Source: an uncultured cyanobacterium (GTDB taxonomy: Bacteria; Cyanobacteriota; Cyanobacteriia; Cyanobacteriales; Nostocaceae). Taken from it: a DNA stretch of 64,000 nt. The notes beneath the pieces are model-generated. The model had not been told where the DNA came from. It searched no databases and saw only the letters and a list, made by a program, of their open reading frames with translations. Location: the NCBI GenBank assembly GCA_963706595.1, contig OY970166.1, forward strand, positions 3,904,001 to 3,968,000, in the 5' to 3' direction. Shown here piece after piece: positions 1 through 9,334 of the stretch; the stretch's first letter is position 1; every line of letters begins with the position of its first letter. The translations under genes were made by a program, and so were the position numbers.

Positions 1-327
1 CAATGGGGAGTACATAAAGTAAAACTTATCACTTCACCTACTCACCTTCCCAGAGCAAAATGGATGGCACAGATTCTCTTAGGCGCTCATGGTATTTGGG
101 TTGAGCCAGATATTGTTTCAGAACAGGGTAGACCAGGTAATTATGAGTCTGGGTTGAAAACTGGGCTAGATGTCACCCGCAGCTTATTTTGGGCAGTATT
201 TAGTCAGATTATCCAGCCAAAATGCTCAAATGTCATAAGGTTAGCTGAGGTAGATATGCAAGCTTGGCAAAGTAGAGGTTTTCAGTGTGAACACCAGGGG
301 AAAGTAGGGGATCTGACTCCCCAATAA
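1..327 (+). CDS. YdcF/DUF218 family protein, 3' part (runs off window start)
   Basis: Frame 1 is open from base 1: QWGVHKVKLITSPTHLPRAKWMAQILLG...; the ITSxxHLPRA motif is typical of DUF218. Confidence 0.75.
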   Translation, partial: QWGVHKVKLITSPTHLPRAKWMAQILLGAHGIWVEPDIVSEQGRPGNYESGLKTGLDVTRSLFWAVFSQIIQPKCSNVIRLAEVDMQAWQSRGFQCEHQGKVGDLTPQ

Positions 328-338
328 CCACACATACC

Positions 339-365
339 CTTGTAGAGACGCGATTTATCGCGTCT
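339..365 (+). repeat. REP (GTAG family) copy 1, left flank of RAYT
   Basis: CTT-GTAG-AGACGCGAT-TT-ATCGCGTCT hairpin, followed by degenerate 11-bp TAAATTCnGG repeats to ~410. Confidence 0.9.
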
Positions 366-905
366 AAATTCCGGTTAAATTCGGGCTAAATTCAAGTAAT
401 TGATCTAATTACCTGATTATTTCTGTAACCGTAAATATACATAAGCAGCAATCACAAATCGGACATTTTTTTTCAAGATCATATATATCTGATCTGGAAA
501 AAAATCCGAATATTTTGGGTTTGCAACTACATCAACATCAGGAAATAATTACATGATTATCAAGTTTTTGGTGTATAAATCCAAAATCTAATCATGAATA
601 ATTATGATCCTCAGCCTAAAAATAACAAACCTAAATATAAAGGTAAATACCGAGTTGATTCAACACGCTTGCCAGCATGGAATTATGCTACTGATGGCGG
701 ATATTTTGTAACAATTTGTACGGCAGGTAAAAAATGCTTTTTCGGTGAGGTGGTGAGGGGTGAAATGCAGTTATCACAAATTGGAGAAGTTGCCCAAAAA
801 TTATGGTGTGAGATTCCTCAACATTTTCTTAATTGTCATATAGATGTATTTTGCATCATGCCTAATCATATTCACGGTATTCTATTAATTAAGCAAATAC
901 AAGAT

Positions 906-980
906 TTAGAAGAAGATTCACAACACTTAGAAGAAGATTCACAACACTCAAAAGAAGATTCACAACACTCAGAAGAAGAC
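906..980 (+). repeat. In-frame 21-bp tandem repeat (~3.5 copies; [L/S][E/K]EDSQH) inside RAYT
   Basis: ttagaagaagattcacaacac x2, tcaaaagaagattcacaacac, tcagaagaagac. Confidence 0.95.
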
Positions 981-1003
981 GCGATGAATCGCGTCTCTAC
1001 AAG
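977..1003 (-). repeat. REP copy 2, inside RAYT coding sequence
   Basis: Reverse complement reads CTTGTAGAGACGCGATTCATCGCGTCT; encodes EDAMNRVSTR on +. Confidence 0.9.
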
Positions 1004-1231
1004 GCGACGGGGTGGGGTTACTGGGGTATTTAACCCGATGTTATCTAAAAATTCTATTTCTAAGATTGTGCGGTGGTATAAAGGACGGTGTAAATTTGAA
1101 ATTAATCAAATATATCAAGGTTTTGGATGGCAAGAAAGGTTCTACGACGAAATAATCCGTAATGAATTTGCTCTTGACAAAATTCAACAATACATTATTA
1201 ATAATCCCATAAATTGGTCAGGCGATCGCCT

Positions 1232-1330
1232 CTTGTAGAGACGCGATTCATCGCGTCTAATTGATTCATCACGTCTAATTGATTCTAATTGATTCATCGC
1301 GTCTAATTGATTCATCGCGTCTAATTGATT
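1232..1330 (+). repeat. REP copy 3 (1232-1258) plus tandem 18-bp AATTGATTCATCGCGTCT units
   Basis: GTAG at 1235-1238 contains the RAYT TAG stop; tandem units run into the recJ stop codon. Confidence 0.9.
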
Positions 1331-3642
1331 CCATTAGCGATCGCCATAATTGTCCCTAAAGGCACTTCGGCAAAATAATTCTGCTGAAACTGTTCTTCGC
1401 TGATGGCGGCTAAAAATCTTTCTAAAGCTGCATCGTTAAAGTCTTCTGAGTTGATGCTGGGATTCCAACTAATTTGCAAATCACGGTCTTGTCTTGTGAC
1501 AGTAAACCCCAAAGATTTTAAAGCTTCGATTCCCCAAAATAAAGTTTGGTCACGAATGCCGAGTTTTTCTAACAGTTGGAAGCGGGTAACTGATTGATTT
1601 GTGCGACTCAAATATTTAGCAATACCAACCAAAGTTAGCCAAATTTCCTGGGGTGGTTGATGATTGGGTTTAGACCAAGCGATCGCTAATTGTTGATTAT
1701 TATATAGACATCGCTTTAGCCATGCACGTAAATCATCCCAGTGAGTCGGACAATCTGCCATCAAAACTGCTGAATGCTGATTTCTCAGTTCTGAATGTTC
1801 TTGATTTCGCCAATCTAATATCATCTGAGTAGAAACACTATTAATCGCGTCTGAATTTTCCACAGAACGCACAGCAATTAATCTAATTTCATAGCGTTTT
1901 TTAAAGGTATTGTAATCCAGTTCAGCAATGCAATCACACTTACCTAGAGGTAATTCATCTTTATAGTGTCCCCACCAAATCCCAGGAAATGCGCTTTTAG
2001 TATACTCATCCCGAATATCAAAATCGGTTTTAATATACTGCACCTTTTTGCCTTTCCAATCCTGCTGATTACGATGCCAAGAATTTTCAAACCAGCAGTT
2101 TTTAATTAACAATTTTGGTACAGGGTTTCCCATCCCACAAGGTTCCAAAAGTTTGAGTTCTAGAAATAATTCTTTACCTAAATCGGCGACAGTTACTGTT
2201 AAATCTACTTGCACAGTTGGCGTGAGAGTTGTTCCACCTAAAGATTGCCGTAACTGCTGATTAATCGCCTCTGTAAATAACGGAATATTCTCCGGTAATA
2301 AACTCAAACCAGCTGCAAAGGGATGTCCGCCAAAGCTATGTAACAAATGTTCTTGCTGTTTGACTAATTGATATAAATCTACCGAATTAACAGAACGGGC
2401 AGAACCACGGGCTAAGAGGGGAGTAGGGGTAGTACCTTGTGTTCGTCCTTCTGTACTCAATAAAACAGTGGGACGGCCTGTTTCTTGGGCTATTTGTCCA
2501 GCGACTAAACCCAATACTCCCGCAGGCCATTGGGGATCTTCTAAGACAATAACGCTGGTGGTTGATAAGTCTAGCCCGGAGAGTTTTTGCGCTACTTGGG
2601 CTTGAACATCTTTTTGTAAAGACTTGCGCCGAGTGTTGGCGAGTTCTGTGACTTCGGCTAGTTGATGACAATGTTTAAGATCCCGGCTAGTTAATAATTC
2701 TACGCAAAAACTAGCATCGCCTTGAATGCGACTGACAGCGTTAATGCGTGGTCCTAGACCAAAGGAAATATCTGTGGGGCGATCGCCATTTTTCTGGCAT
2801 AATTCTAATAATCGCCCTACCCCTGGCCGTCGTCGGGCTGTCGGTGGCTGCTGAAAGTCGGCTTGCAGTCTTTGAATACCTAATTGGGCTAAATACCGAC
2901 AGTCTCCACTTAACTGCACTAAATCGGCAATTAATCCCACTGCAACTAAATCGAATAAATCTGCTAAGGGATTTTGGGGAATATTTGGTAGGGTTAAATA
3001 AAGAGCTTCAATTAACTTAAAAGCTACTGCTACGCCAGAAAGATGAAATAACTGATGTTCACTTGGTAAATAGCGGGGGTTGATAATTGCTGCAACTGGT
3101 GGGCGTTGTTCAGGTAATGTATGGTGGTCTGTAACTATGACATCTATACCTAACTTTTGAGCATAAATAATTTCATTAATATTTGTACTGCCTGTGTCGC
3201 AAGTTACTATTAATTTACAACCTTGTTTTTCTAAATTATCAATTCCTGGATAATTGAGTCCGTGGGATTCTTTAAGGCGATTGGGGATGTAGTAAGTTAA
3301 CTGGGAATTTTGCGTGAAAAATTGTCCTAAACCATCCCATAAAACAGCCGTGGCGGTAATACCGTCTGCGTCAAAGTCTCCCCAAATGGCAATTTTATCA
3401 TTGTTATTTCGTGCTTGTTGCAGTCTTTCCATAGCTAACTGCATTTCTTCGCCAAATTCAAAGGGGCTGGCTGGTTGATACGTTTTATAGTTGGTAAAGG
3501 CTGCTAATTTTTGTTCGTCTTGAATTCCCCTTTGCCATAATAATTGTGCTGCATATAATCCGCTTGATGCTGGTGTATGCTGTTTGACTATTTGGATGAA
3601 CCAGTCTGGTGGTTTTTCGGGTGTTGTTATAATCCACTGCAT
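1321..3642 (-). CDS. recJ: Single-stranded-DNA-specific exonuclease RecJ (cyanobacterial long form)
   Basis: GDFDADG, TDHH, GPRINA, GSARS, GGHPFAAG DHH/DHHA1 motifs. Confidence 0.95.
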   Translation of the reverse strand: MQWIITTPEKPPDWFIQIVKQHTPASSGLYAAQLLWQRGIQDEQKLAAFTNYKTYQPASPFEFGEEMQLAMERLQQARNNNDKIAIWGDFDADGITATAVLWDGLGQFFTQNSQLTYYIPNRLKESHGLNYPGIDNLEKQGCKLIVTCDTGSTNINEIIYAQKLGIDVIVTDHHTLPEQRPPVAAIINPRYLPSEHQLFHLSGVAVAFKLIEALYLTLPNIPQNPLADLFDLVAVGLIADLVQLSGDCRYLAQLGIQRLQADFQQPPTARRRPGVGRLLELCQKNGDRPTDISFGLGPRINAVSRIQGDASFCVELLTSRDLKHCHQLAEVTELANTRRKSLQKDVQAQVAQKLSGLDLSTTSVIVLEDPQWPAGVLGLVAGQIAQETGRPTVLLSTEGRTQGTTPTPLLARGSARSVNSVDLYQLVKQQEHLLHSFGGHPFAAGLSLLPENIPLFTEAINQQLRQSLGGTTLTPTVQVDLTVTVADLGKELFLELKLLEPCGMGNPVPKLLIKNCWFENSWHRNQQDWKGKKVQYIKTDFDIRDEYTKSAFPGIWWGHYKDELPLGKCDCIAELDYNTFKKRYEIRLIAVRSVENSDAINSVSTQMILDWRNQEHSELRNQHSAVLMADCPTHWDDLRAWLKRCLYNNQQLAIAWSKPNHQPPQEIWLTLVGIAKYLSRTNQSVTRFQLLEKLGIRDQTLFWGIEALKSLGFTVTRQDRDLQISWNPSINSEDFNDAALERFLAAISEEQFQQNYFAEVPLGTIMAIANGIN

Positions 3643-3765
3643 GGAGTTTATTAAAGGTTAGGAAGGAGGTTGGTTTTGGATTATCGAACCGCCAAGTCGC
3701 CAAGTGCGCCAAGCGAGGAGAGAAGTTTTTGAGTAATAGTTGCAGTTAGTCATAACTTAGAGTTT

Positions 3766-4396
3766 TTATTGATCATTTATTGGAGTTTCGTTTACTAGGG
3801 GATTGAGAATTATTTCGTTAGCAACTCCTTCAGGTTTACGGGTGCGAATTGCTGGACGGGTTCGCCTGTAACCGGCTCTTTCGGCTTTTTGATGTTCGTA
3901 ATCAATCAGTCTGCCATAATGTTCATGTTTGCTTAAATTCATTGACAGGAAAATATGCTGACGGATATTTCCAAATCCTTTGCGGTTAAAGAATTTGACG
4001 GCTGGATTGTTGGTGGGATCTGTGTCTACTAGCATGAATCGCGCCCCATCTTCAATCATCCGTGCGATCGCTTTATCAACTAATTTATCTGCTACTCCCC
4101 GACGCTGAAATTTCGGGATTCACAGCTAGCCATAATATATAACCGTAAGTCCAGGATGCTTTGGTAATAATGGTTCCTAAAATAAACCCGGCTAATTCTC
4201 CGTCTGTTTCCGCAACTAAACAATATTCTGGGTCTGTATTGTACAGTCCAATTACCTCCCATTCGTCCCAGGTGCGATATAAATAAGGATACAAATCGCT
4301 AGTAAATAGCTGTTCGCCCAAGTGGTAAACGGGTGAAATATCGTCTATCCCTAATTCACGAACATAAATCAAATCAGTTTCATCAAAGCTTTTCAT
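3766..4396 (-). pseudogene. GNAT N-acetyltransferase split by a +1 frameshift at ~4114-4117 (true lesion or sequencing error)
   Basis: Removing one base from AAT CCC G AAA TTT CAG CGT CGG GGA GTA GCA restores NPKFQRRGVADKL (acetyl-CoA motif A) and joins ORFs 4085-4396 and 3766-4059. Confidence 0.85.
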
Positions 4397-4411
4397 ATAA
4401 TTCTCTAGAAT

Positions 4412-5206
4412 TCAGAGAGATACTTCTTGAATATCGGCAAGATTTGGTAAATTCTTTTGATGTTCAGCGCTGGCTTGACTACGTTCACAACGTGTGGCAA
4501 AATGACAATAATTACAATCTTTACTATTTTCCGGTATTTGAGGAAATAGTTGATTTATTTGGTAGTCTTCCAACCAGTTCGTTAATTTATTTAACAGTTG
4601 ATTAAGTTTCTTAGCTGTTTGCTGATGCTGGGTAGAATTGTAATTAAATGTAATATTTTGCGGTTGACCTTCAGATTGGACAAACCAGTAAGTCATAGAA
4701 ATATTTTTGGGCAAATAGGCGGTAGTTTCAGCTAATACATACAAATAAAGACGTGTTTGCCAATTCTGTTCTAATTTGCGTTTATTTTGGGGTTTAGGAT
4801 AAGTTTTCCAGTCAAGAATTTGAGCTTTTTGGCTATCTGCTATGAATAAATCATAAACAACTGTCAACAAATAATCTTGAACTTGCAGGATGCGGTAATG
4901 TTCGCTTTCACGCAAAGTTTGAGAGTCAGTTGGCGTTAAAATTTCTGGTGCTGCATTGGTAAAACCTGACATCCAGCTTTGCAGTTGAGTATCCGCTTCC
5001 AGTAAACTCCCAATTGGTAAACCCATTTCTCGCTGTTGCATCAGCAAGTGAAACTGACTACCCAAAATCTGGTGTTCTTCGTGTTCTGGATTTAAAGGCG
5101 TATTGAGTTGTTCTAAGTAGGTGTGTTGGAATTTACGCGGACAAGTTTCTAGTAAGTTGAGATGTCCTTGAGATAGGCGGAAGAGTTGAGTTGTTTCTGA
5201 CAGCAT
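4412..5206 (-). CDS. PD-(D/E)XK nuclease family protein (RecB/AddB-like, Cys cluster)
   Basis: CPRKF, GSQFH, YD...ILDWKT, QTRLY, CxxCxFxxxC. Confidence 0.85.
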   Translation of the reverse strand: MLSETTQLFRLSQGHLNLLETCPRKFQHTYLEQLNTPLNPEHEEHQILGSQFHLLMQQREMGLPIGSLLEADTQLQSWMSGFTNAAPEILTPTDSQTLRESEHYRILQVQDYLLTVVYDLFIADSQKAQILDWKTYPKPQNKRKLEQNWQTRLYLYVLAETTAYLPKNISMTYWFVQSEGQPQNITFNYNSTQHQQTAKKLNQLLNKLTNWLEDYQINQLFPQIPENSKDCNYCHFATRCERSQASAEHQKNLPNLADIQEVSL

Positions 5207-5359
5207 TGTTTTATTTTAGAAGCGATCGCTCTCCTCTAGTTTAAAGTCCAAAAATTAAGCGTCTGCTTTTTGCAAGGCTACCTGAATCAAAAAAATAAAA
5301 GGTGGAAGGATGAATTTTGCCTTTTCTTTCATCCCTCTACCTTTTTATGTACCTGATGC

Positions 5360-5563
5360 TTATTTAATGTTAGCCCGTGCGTCCCTGACTGCGGCAAAGA
5401 AAAAGAATCCGGTGAGGGGAATGCTCAATCCGAGGATAATTGCAGTTACCTGAACGCCCAAATCTGGTTGTCCAGAAGTAAGTTCAAACACTGAACCGAC
5501 GGCGGCGATCGCTGTTACGCAAGAACCACCCAGAAATAAACCGCTTTTTGGAGTTAAATACAC
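5360..5563 (-). CDS. Small two-TM membrane protein downstream of def
   Basis: 67 aa, two hydrophobic segments, 10 nt after def stop. Confidence 0.75.
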   Translation of the reverse strand: MYLTPKSGLFLGGSCVTAIAAVGSVFELTSGQPDLGVQVTAIILGLSIPLTGFFFFAAVRDARANIK

Positions 5564-5573
5564 TATATGTCCC

Positions 5574-6137
5574 CTATGCTACTGGTTTCACGGCTTGATA
5601 CGAGAAGCCATTTTTAGATAACTCCTGAGCCAAAGTCAAGGAATTATCCACACGATCTACAAATACCACGCCTTTGAGGTGATCCATTTCGTGTTGAATG
5701 CAGCGTGAGAGTAAGTCTGTAGCTTTGAGGGTTTTGGGACGACCGTATTCATCTTTATAAGCAATTTCCACGGCTTCGGGACGCTTTACGTCTAAATAAA
5801 CGTTAGGAATGCTTAAACACCCTTCTTGGGCAACGCAGACTTCTTTGCTCATCTGTTTAATGGTGGGGTTAATCAATACCAGTGGCGGATGATCTGGGTT
5901 ATCTGGTTCACAATCGATGACAATCAGTTGTTTATGAATTCCCACTTGAGGTGCAGCTAAACCAATGCCATCGCTACTGTACATAGTTTGCAGCATTTCG
6001 CGCACCAATTGACGAATTTCATCGTCTATTTTAGTAATCCGCTTGGCATCTTGACGCAGCACGCGATCGCCTAGATAGTGAAGTGTCAAGGGCGGATTTT
6101 TTAACTTTTTTTTCTCGACAGCAATTTCAGAGGGCAT
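5574..6137 (-). CDS. def: Peptide deformylase
   Basis: GIGLAAPQVG, EGCLS, QHEMDHL. Confidence 0.97.
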   Translation of the reverse strand: MPSEIAVEKKKLKNPPLTLHYLGDRVLRQDAKRITKIDDEIRQLVREMLQTMYSSDGIGLAAPQVGIHKQLIVIDCEPDNPDHPPLVLINPTIKQMSKEVCVAQEGCLSIPNVYLDVKRPEAVEIAYKDEYGRPKTLKATDLLSRCIQHEMDHLKGVVFVDRVDNSLTLAQELSKNGFSYQAVKPVA

Positions 6138-6267
6138 GATGATCAATGACTAAGTTGTGAAAATTCCTACTATCTCAATTCTATCAATCTCCCATAACCC
6201 CCTGTTGAGATGCAAAAATTCACCTGAAATAAAGATGATCAACGCAATTTAGATTTTGGGGTGCTGT

Positions 6268-7170
6268 GTGTTTAAATTTCTGACAAAACTTGACTATTTG
6301 CTCAAAGAGACTTTTCTCGGTTTACTGCGGGGCGGTTGGATGAATTGGGCGGCTATCAGTACCGTTACAGTGTTATTATTTTTATTTGGCTTGAGTCTGC
6401 AAACTTCTTGGCAAGTTGAAAAACTCCTGAATCAGTTCGGTAGCCAGTTAGAAGTTTCAGTTTATCTCGATCCAGAGACAGCAGCCGGCAGCATTGAGCC
6501 ATTTATCGCCCAAATGTCGGATGTAGTAGGGATGGAAACTATTACTAAAGAACAAGCTTGGACGAAGTTAGTCCAGGAATTAGGCATTTCCAATATTGAC
6601 GGGGCTACCCAAGAGTTAGGGGATAATCCTCTGGTGGATGAGATTAAGGTAAAAGCTCGGAATTCTGAAGCTGTCCCCAATTTAGCCACGGAACTGGCGA
6701 AGTTACGGGGCGTGGAAACTGTGCAGTATATAGATGAAGCAGTTAAACGCATTGCCCAGTTGCACCGGGGTTTAAACTGGATTACTTTGACAATTACAAT
6801 TATTCTGACTTTAACTGCGATCGCGGTAACTACTACCACTATTCGTCTGATTGTCATGGCGCGACGGCGAGAAATTGAAATTATGCAACTGGTAGGTGCA
6901 ACATCTGCTTGGATCTATCTGCCGTTTATTTTACAGGGAATTACCTTCGGTTTAGTTGGTGGTGCGATCGCTTGGAGTTTCATTTCTTTAATCCAACAGT
7001 TTATCAGCCGGACTTTAGCAAATCAACCAGATTTTATCCAATTTATTACCAACGGTTTGCAACTTAGTTCCGCACAGGTTTTACTATTGCCTTTAATTTT
7101 GTTAAGTTTCGGTGCAGTGGTAGGATTAATGGGCAGCTTGTTTGCTGTGCGGCGGTTTGCGAAGAATTAA
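6268..7170 (+). CDS. ftsX: Cell division permease FtsX
   Basis: 4-TM pattern, ARRREIEIMQLVGAT motif; GTG start at 6268 preferred. Confidence 0.9.
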   Translation: MFKFLTKLDYLLKETFLGLLRGGWMNWAAISTVTVLLFLFGLSLQTSWQVEKLLNQFGSQLEVSVYLDPETAAGSIEPFIAQMSDVVGMETITKEQAWTKLVQELGISNIDGATQELGDNPLVDEIKVKARNSEAVPNLATELAKLRGVETVQYIDEAVKRIAQLHRGLNWITLTITIILTLTAIAVTTTTIRLIVMARRREIEIMQLVGATSAWIYLPFILQGITFGLVGGAIAWSFISLIQQFISRTLANQPDFIQFITNGLQLSSAQVLLLPLILLSFGAVVGLMGSLFAVRRFAKN

Positions 7171-7195
7171 AATTACAGCAATCAGGACGTAATTT

Positions 7196-8005
7196 ATGGC
7201 AACTCAGTGGGAATCTTTACTGCAAAATCTCGGTGAATGGCAAGGTTCATTTACCCGATTCTCACCCCAAGGCGCACTTTTAGAAGATATCAAAAGTGTG
7301 GTTTCTTTAGAAGGGTTGAATAATAACCAGACCATCCGCCAGATTGTCAGCCGCCAAGGACAAGAAGATTTAGTTTTAGAATATAGTTCTGTGGCTAAAA
7401 GTACGCTGTTTTTTGCCAATGGTGCTTTTTCCCAAGGTTCAATTCAGTTAGCACCGTTTACAGAATTTGGGGCGGAACTCGGTTTGATTCATGAAAATCG
7501 CCGCTTACGCCTGGTGCAAATATTTAATAAAACTGGTCAATTAGATAAAATTACTCTAATTCGAGAACATTTAGCTGGGACTGAAGCAGTAGAACGCCCA
7601 TCGTTACAAATAGATGATTTATTGGGAGAATGGCAAGGTGAAGCTGTCACCATATATCCAGATTGGTCTTCGCCAGATAATTACTCTACCAATTTAAAAT
7701 TACAATTAGATGATACTGGACGATTAATTCAAAGTTTAACTTTTGGCGAGCGCACCATTACGTCAACTGGTACTATCCAAGGTTCAATTATTAACTTTGA
7801 TCAAAATCCGCAAAAACAGGTACAAGTATTACTCCTCCCTGATGGTGCGTCTGTCACATCTCCGTTACAGGTGCAGTTGCGTCAACCCTTATTTTTAGAA
7901 GTTGGTTGGTTAATTCAGCCTAACCTGCGCCAACGCATGATTCGCAGCTACAACGATAAAGGCGAATGGGTTAGTTTGACATTAGTTACAGAAGAAAAAG
8001 TTTAG
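7196..8005 (+). CDS. DUF3598 family protein
   Basis: QWESLLQNLGEWQGSFT and second GEWQG repeat. Confidence 0.75.
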   Translation: MATQWESLLQNLGEWQGSFTRFSPQGALLEDIKSVVSLEGLNNNQTIRQIVSRQGQEDLVLEYSSVAKSTLFFANGAFSQGSIQLAPFTEFGAELGLIHENRRLRLVQIFNKTGQLDKITLIREHLAGTEAVERPSLQIDDLLGEWQGEAVTIYPDWSSPDNYSTNLKLQLDDTGRLIQSLTFGERTITSTGTIQGSIINFDQNPQKQVQVLLLPDGASVTSPLQVQLRQPLFLEVGWLIQPNLRQRMIRSYNDKGEWVSLTLVTEEKV

Positions 8006-8062
8006 TCTATACAAAGATGGTAAATCGGGATCACAAATAGAATTGTAAATGATTGAAATAAT

Positions 8063-9013
8063 TCAATTATTTGTTTTCCAATAGCGTTCAATTAATTCAA
8101 AAATTCGATATTTATCTAAAAAATATACAGAACCTATTACCCCTTTAGGGATCTTTTCAACAATTTTTTCACGAGAATTTTCAGTGAAAGAACCACTAAT
8201 TGCAATGATAAAAGTTGAGATATAATGTTTTTCATTAGAGCCAATTTCGTAGAATGGCATTTTGAAGGCATCATCTAATTGACCGATAAGTTCATCGATC
8301 TGTGAATTAACTCTACCACTTATATTTCCAGCTTTAGCTTGCAAACCATAATGTCTATAATTTCCAAAAGAAGTAAGTTCAGAGAATGTAAAATCTTTCC
8401 CATATTCCTTACTACCATGTGTGTAGCGTACAAATGAAAAACTCATTCGTCTTAATAAAGGAAAAATTATCTCTTTAGAAAAAGAATCTTCATTAGTTTC
8501 ATATTCAGATTTCCACTCAATTCCTCTTATAGCAATTTCTGCTGTTTTTAATAACTGCTTTAACTGATTGGCTGCATGGTCAATTGCTGTTTCTATAAAA
8601 TTCTCTGTGGACAAAATGTGACTAAGTGTAATTACCTTCCAATCGTCTTCTACTTCAATGTCAGTAACTTCAAAATTATCAAAGTGTTTAACCTGCTTGT
8701 TGATTGATTCTAATAAATGAGCAAGTCCAAATTGTCCTTCCCAATACTTGTTAGGTTTACGAGATGTGAAATTTAATACAACCCTACTTTTTCTACATGA
8801 AATTTGTAATTCGTTAAAAAAATATGTTCCAAAACCATCTTCACTTTCGATCTCAATTGAAAGGTTTTCTGGAAAGGGAGACGCTACTATTTTTTGCAGG
8901 TCAGTGAGGTCGCATTTTGCAAAGACATAACCATCCTCAACGTCTAAAACGTCGATCTCTTTACCAGAAATGAAAACATGATATTCTTCATCACTTTCTT
9001 TCAGATCAATCAC
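8063..9013 (-). CDS. Putative Mrr-like PD-(D/E)XK restriction endonuclease-domain protein
   Basis: C-terminal E..II.PLL..M.F...HG..EYGKD...GLQAKAG; AT-rich, no HIP1 seen; GTG at 9013 overlaps upstream stop (GTGATTGA). Confidence 0.65.
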   Translation of the reverse strand: MIDLKESDEEYHVFISGKEIDVLDVEDGYVFAKCDLTDLQKIVASPFPENLSIEIESEDGFGTYFFNELQISCRKSRVVLNFTSRKPNKYWEGQFGLAHLLESINKQVKHFDNFEVTDIEVEDDWKVITLSHILSTENFIETAIDHAANQLKQLLKTAEIAIRGIEWKSEYETNEDSFSKEIIFPLLRRMSFSFVRYTHGSKEYGKDFTFSELTSFGNYRHYGLQAKAGNISGRVNSQIDELIGQLDDAFKMPFYEIGSNEKHYISTFIIAISGSFTENSREKIVEKIPKGVIGSVYFLDKYRIFELIERYWKTNN

Positions 9014-9269
9014 TGCTCTTTTCCTTTTGCTGCATTTCTTGAACAAAATCTCCAATGGGGCGAATTTGACCAGCGTTGAGTTCCTCAAAACCTTGCTGAA
9101 TACCGGCAATTGTCTCCAACTGATCAATCAATTGGCGTAGTTTGCTAGAATCAATTTTACTAGGATCAAGAAAGGTAACGAGAACTTGAGTGCAATCGCT
9201 CAAGTCTTGGGGTAACTCAGTAAGTTGAATTTGCCCATTTTGATAAATGCCTTCGATGGTTTTTAGCAT
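9006..9269 (-). CDS. Putative antitoxin (DUF104/AF2212-like N-terminus, ParD-like C-terminus)
   Basis: MLKTIEGIYQNGQIQL; ETIAGIQQGFEELNAG. Confidence 0.6.
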   Translation of the reverse strand: MLKTIEGIYQNGQIQLTELPQDLSDCTQVLVTFLDPSKIDSSKLRQLIDQLETIAGIQQGFEELNAGQIRPIGDFVQEMQQKEKSSD

Positions 9270-9334
9270 GAGTTGTTATGGGGTTGCTAATTCTCTCCAT
9301 TCTAGTTGCTGCAAGAATTTATTCACCAGCGCTG

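Larger units (their letters stand above)
594..1238 (+). mobile_element. REP-associated tyrosine transposase (RAYT/TnpA-REP, IS200/IS605-like HUH Y1)
   Basis: YFVTICT, MPNHIHGIL (HUH), WQERFYDEIIR and YIINNP (catalytic Tyr) motifs; flanked by GTAG REPs. Confidence 0.92.

Noticed and set aside
1232..1330. Possible CRISPR array
   Set aside because: Units are contiguous with no unique spacers and no cas genes; explained as REP-derived tandem repeats
4412..5206. Cas4 / CRISPR adaptation gene
   Set aside because: No cas1/cas2 or array; fits a stand-alone PD-(D/E)XK nuclease among housekeeping genes
6462..6857. Antisense ORFs over ftsX (likewise over pntAB, comEC, relA, sbcC, yidC)
   Set aside because: Antisense shadows of well-supported genes
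9014..9127. N-terminal 38 aa of the 354-aa ORF 8063..9127
   Set aside because: Overlaps the antitoxin gene in another frame; GTG at 9013 coupled to the upstream stop is more plausible
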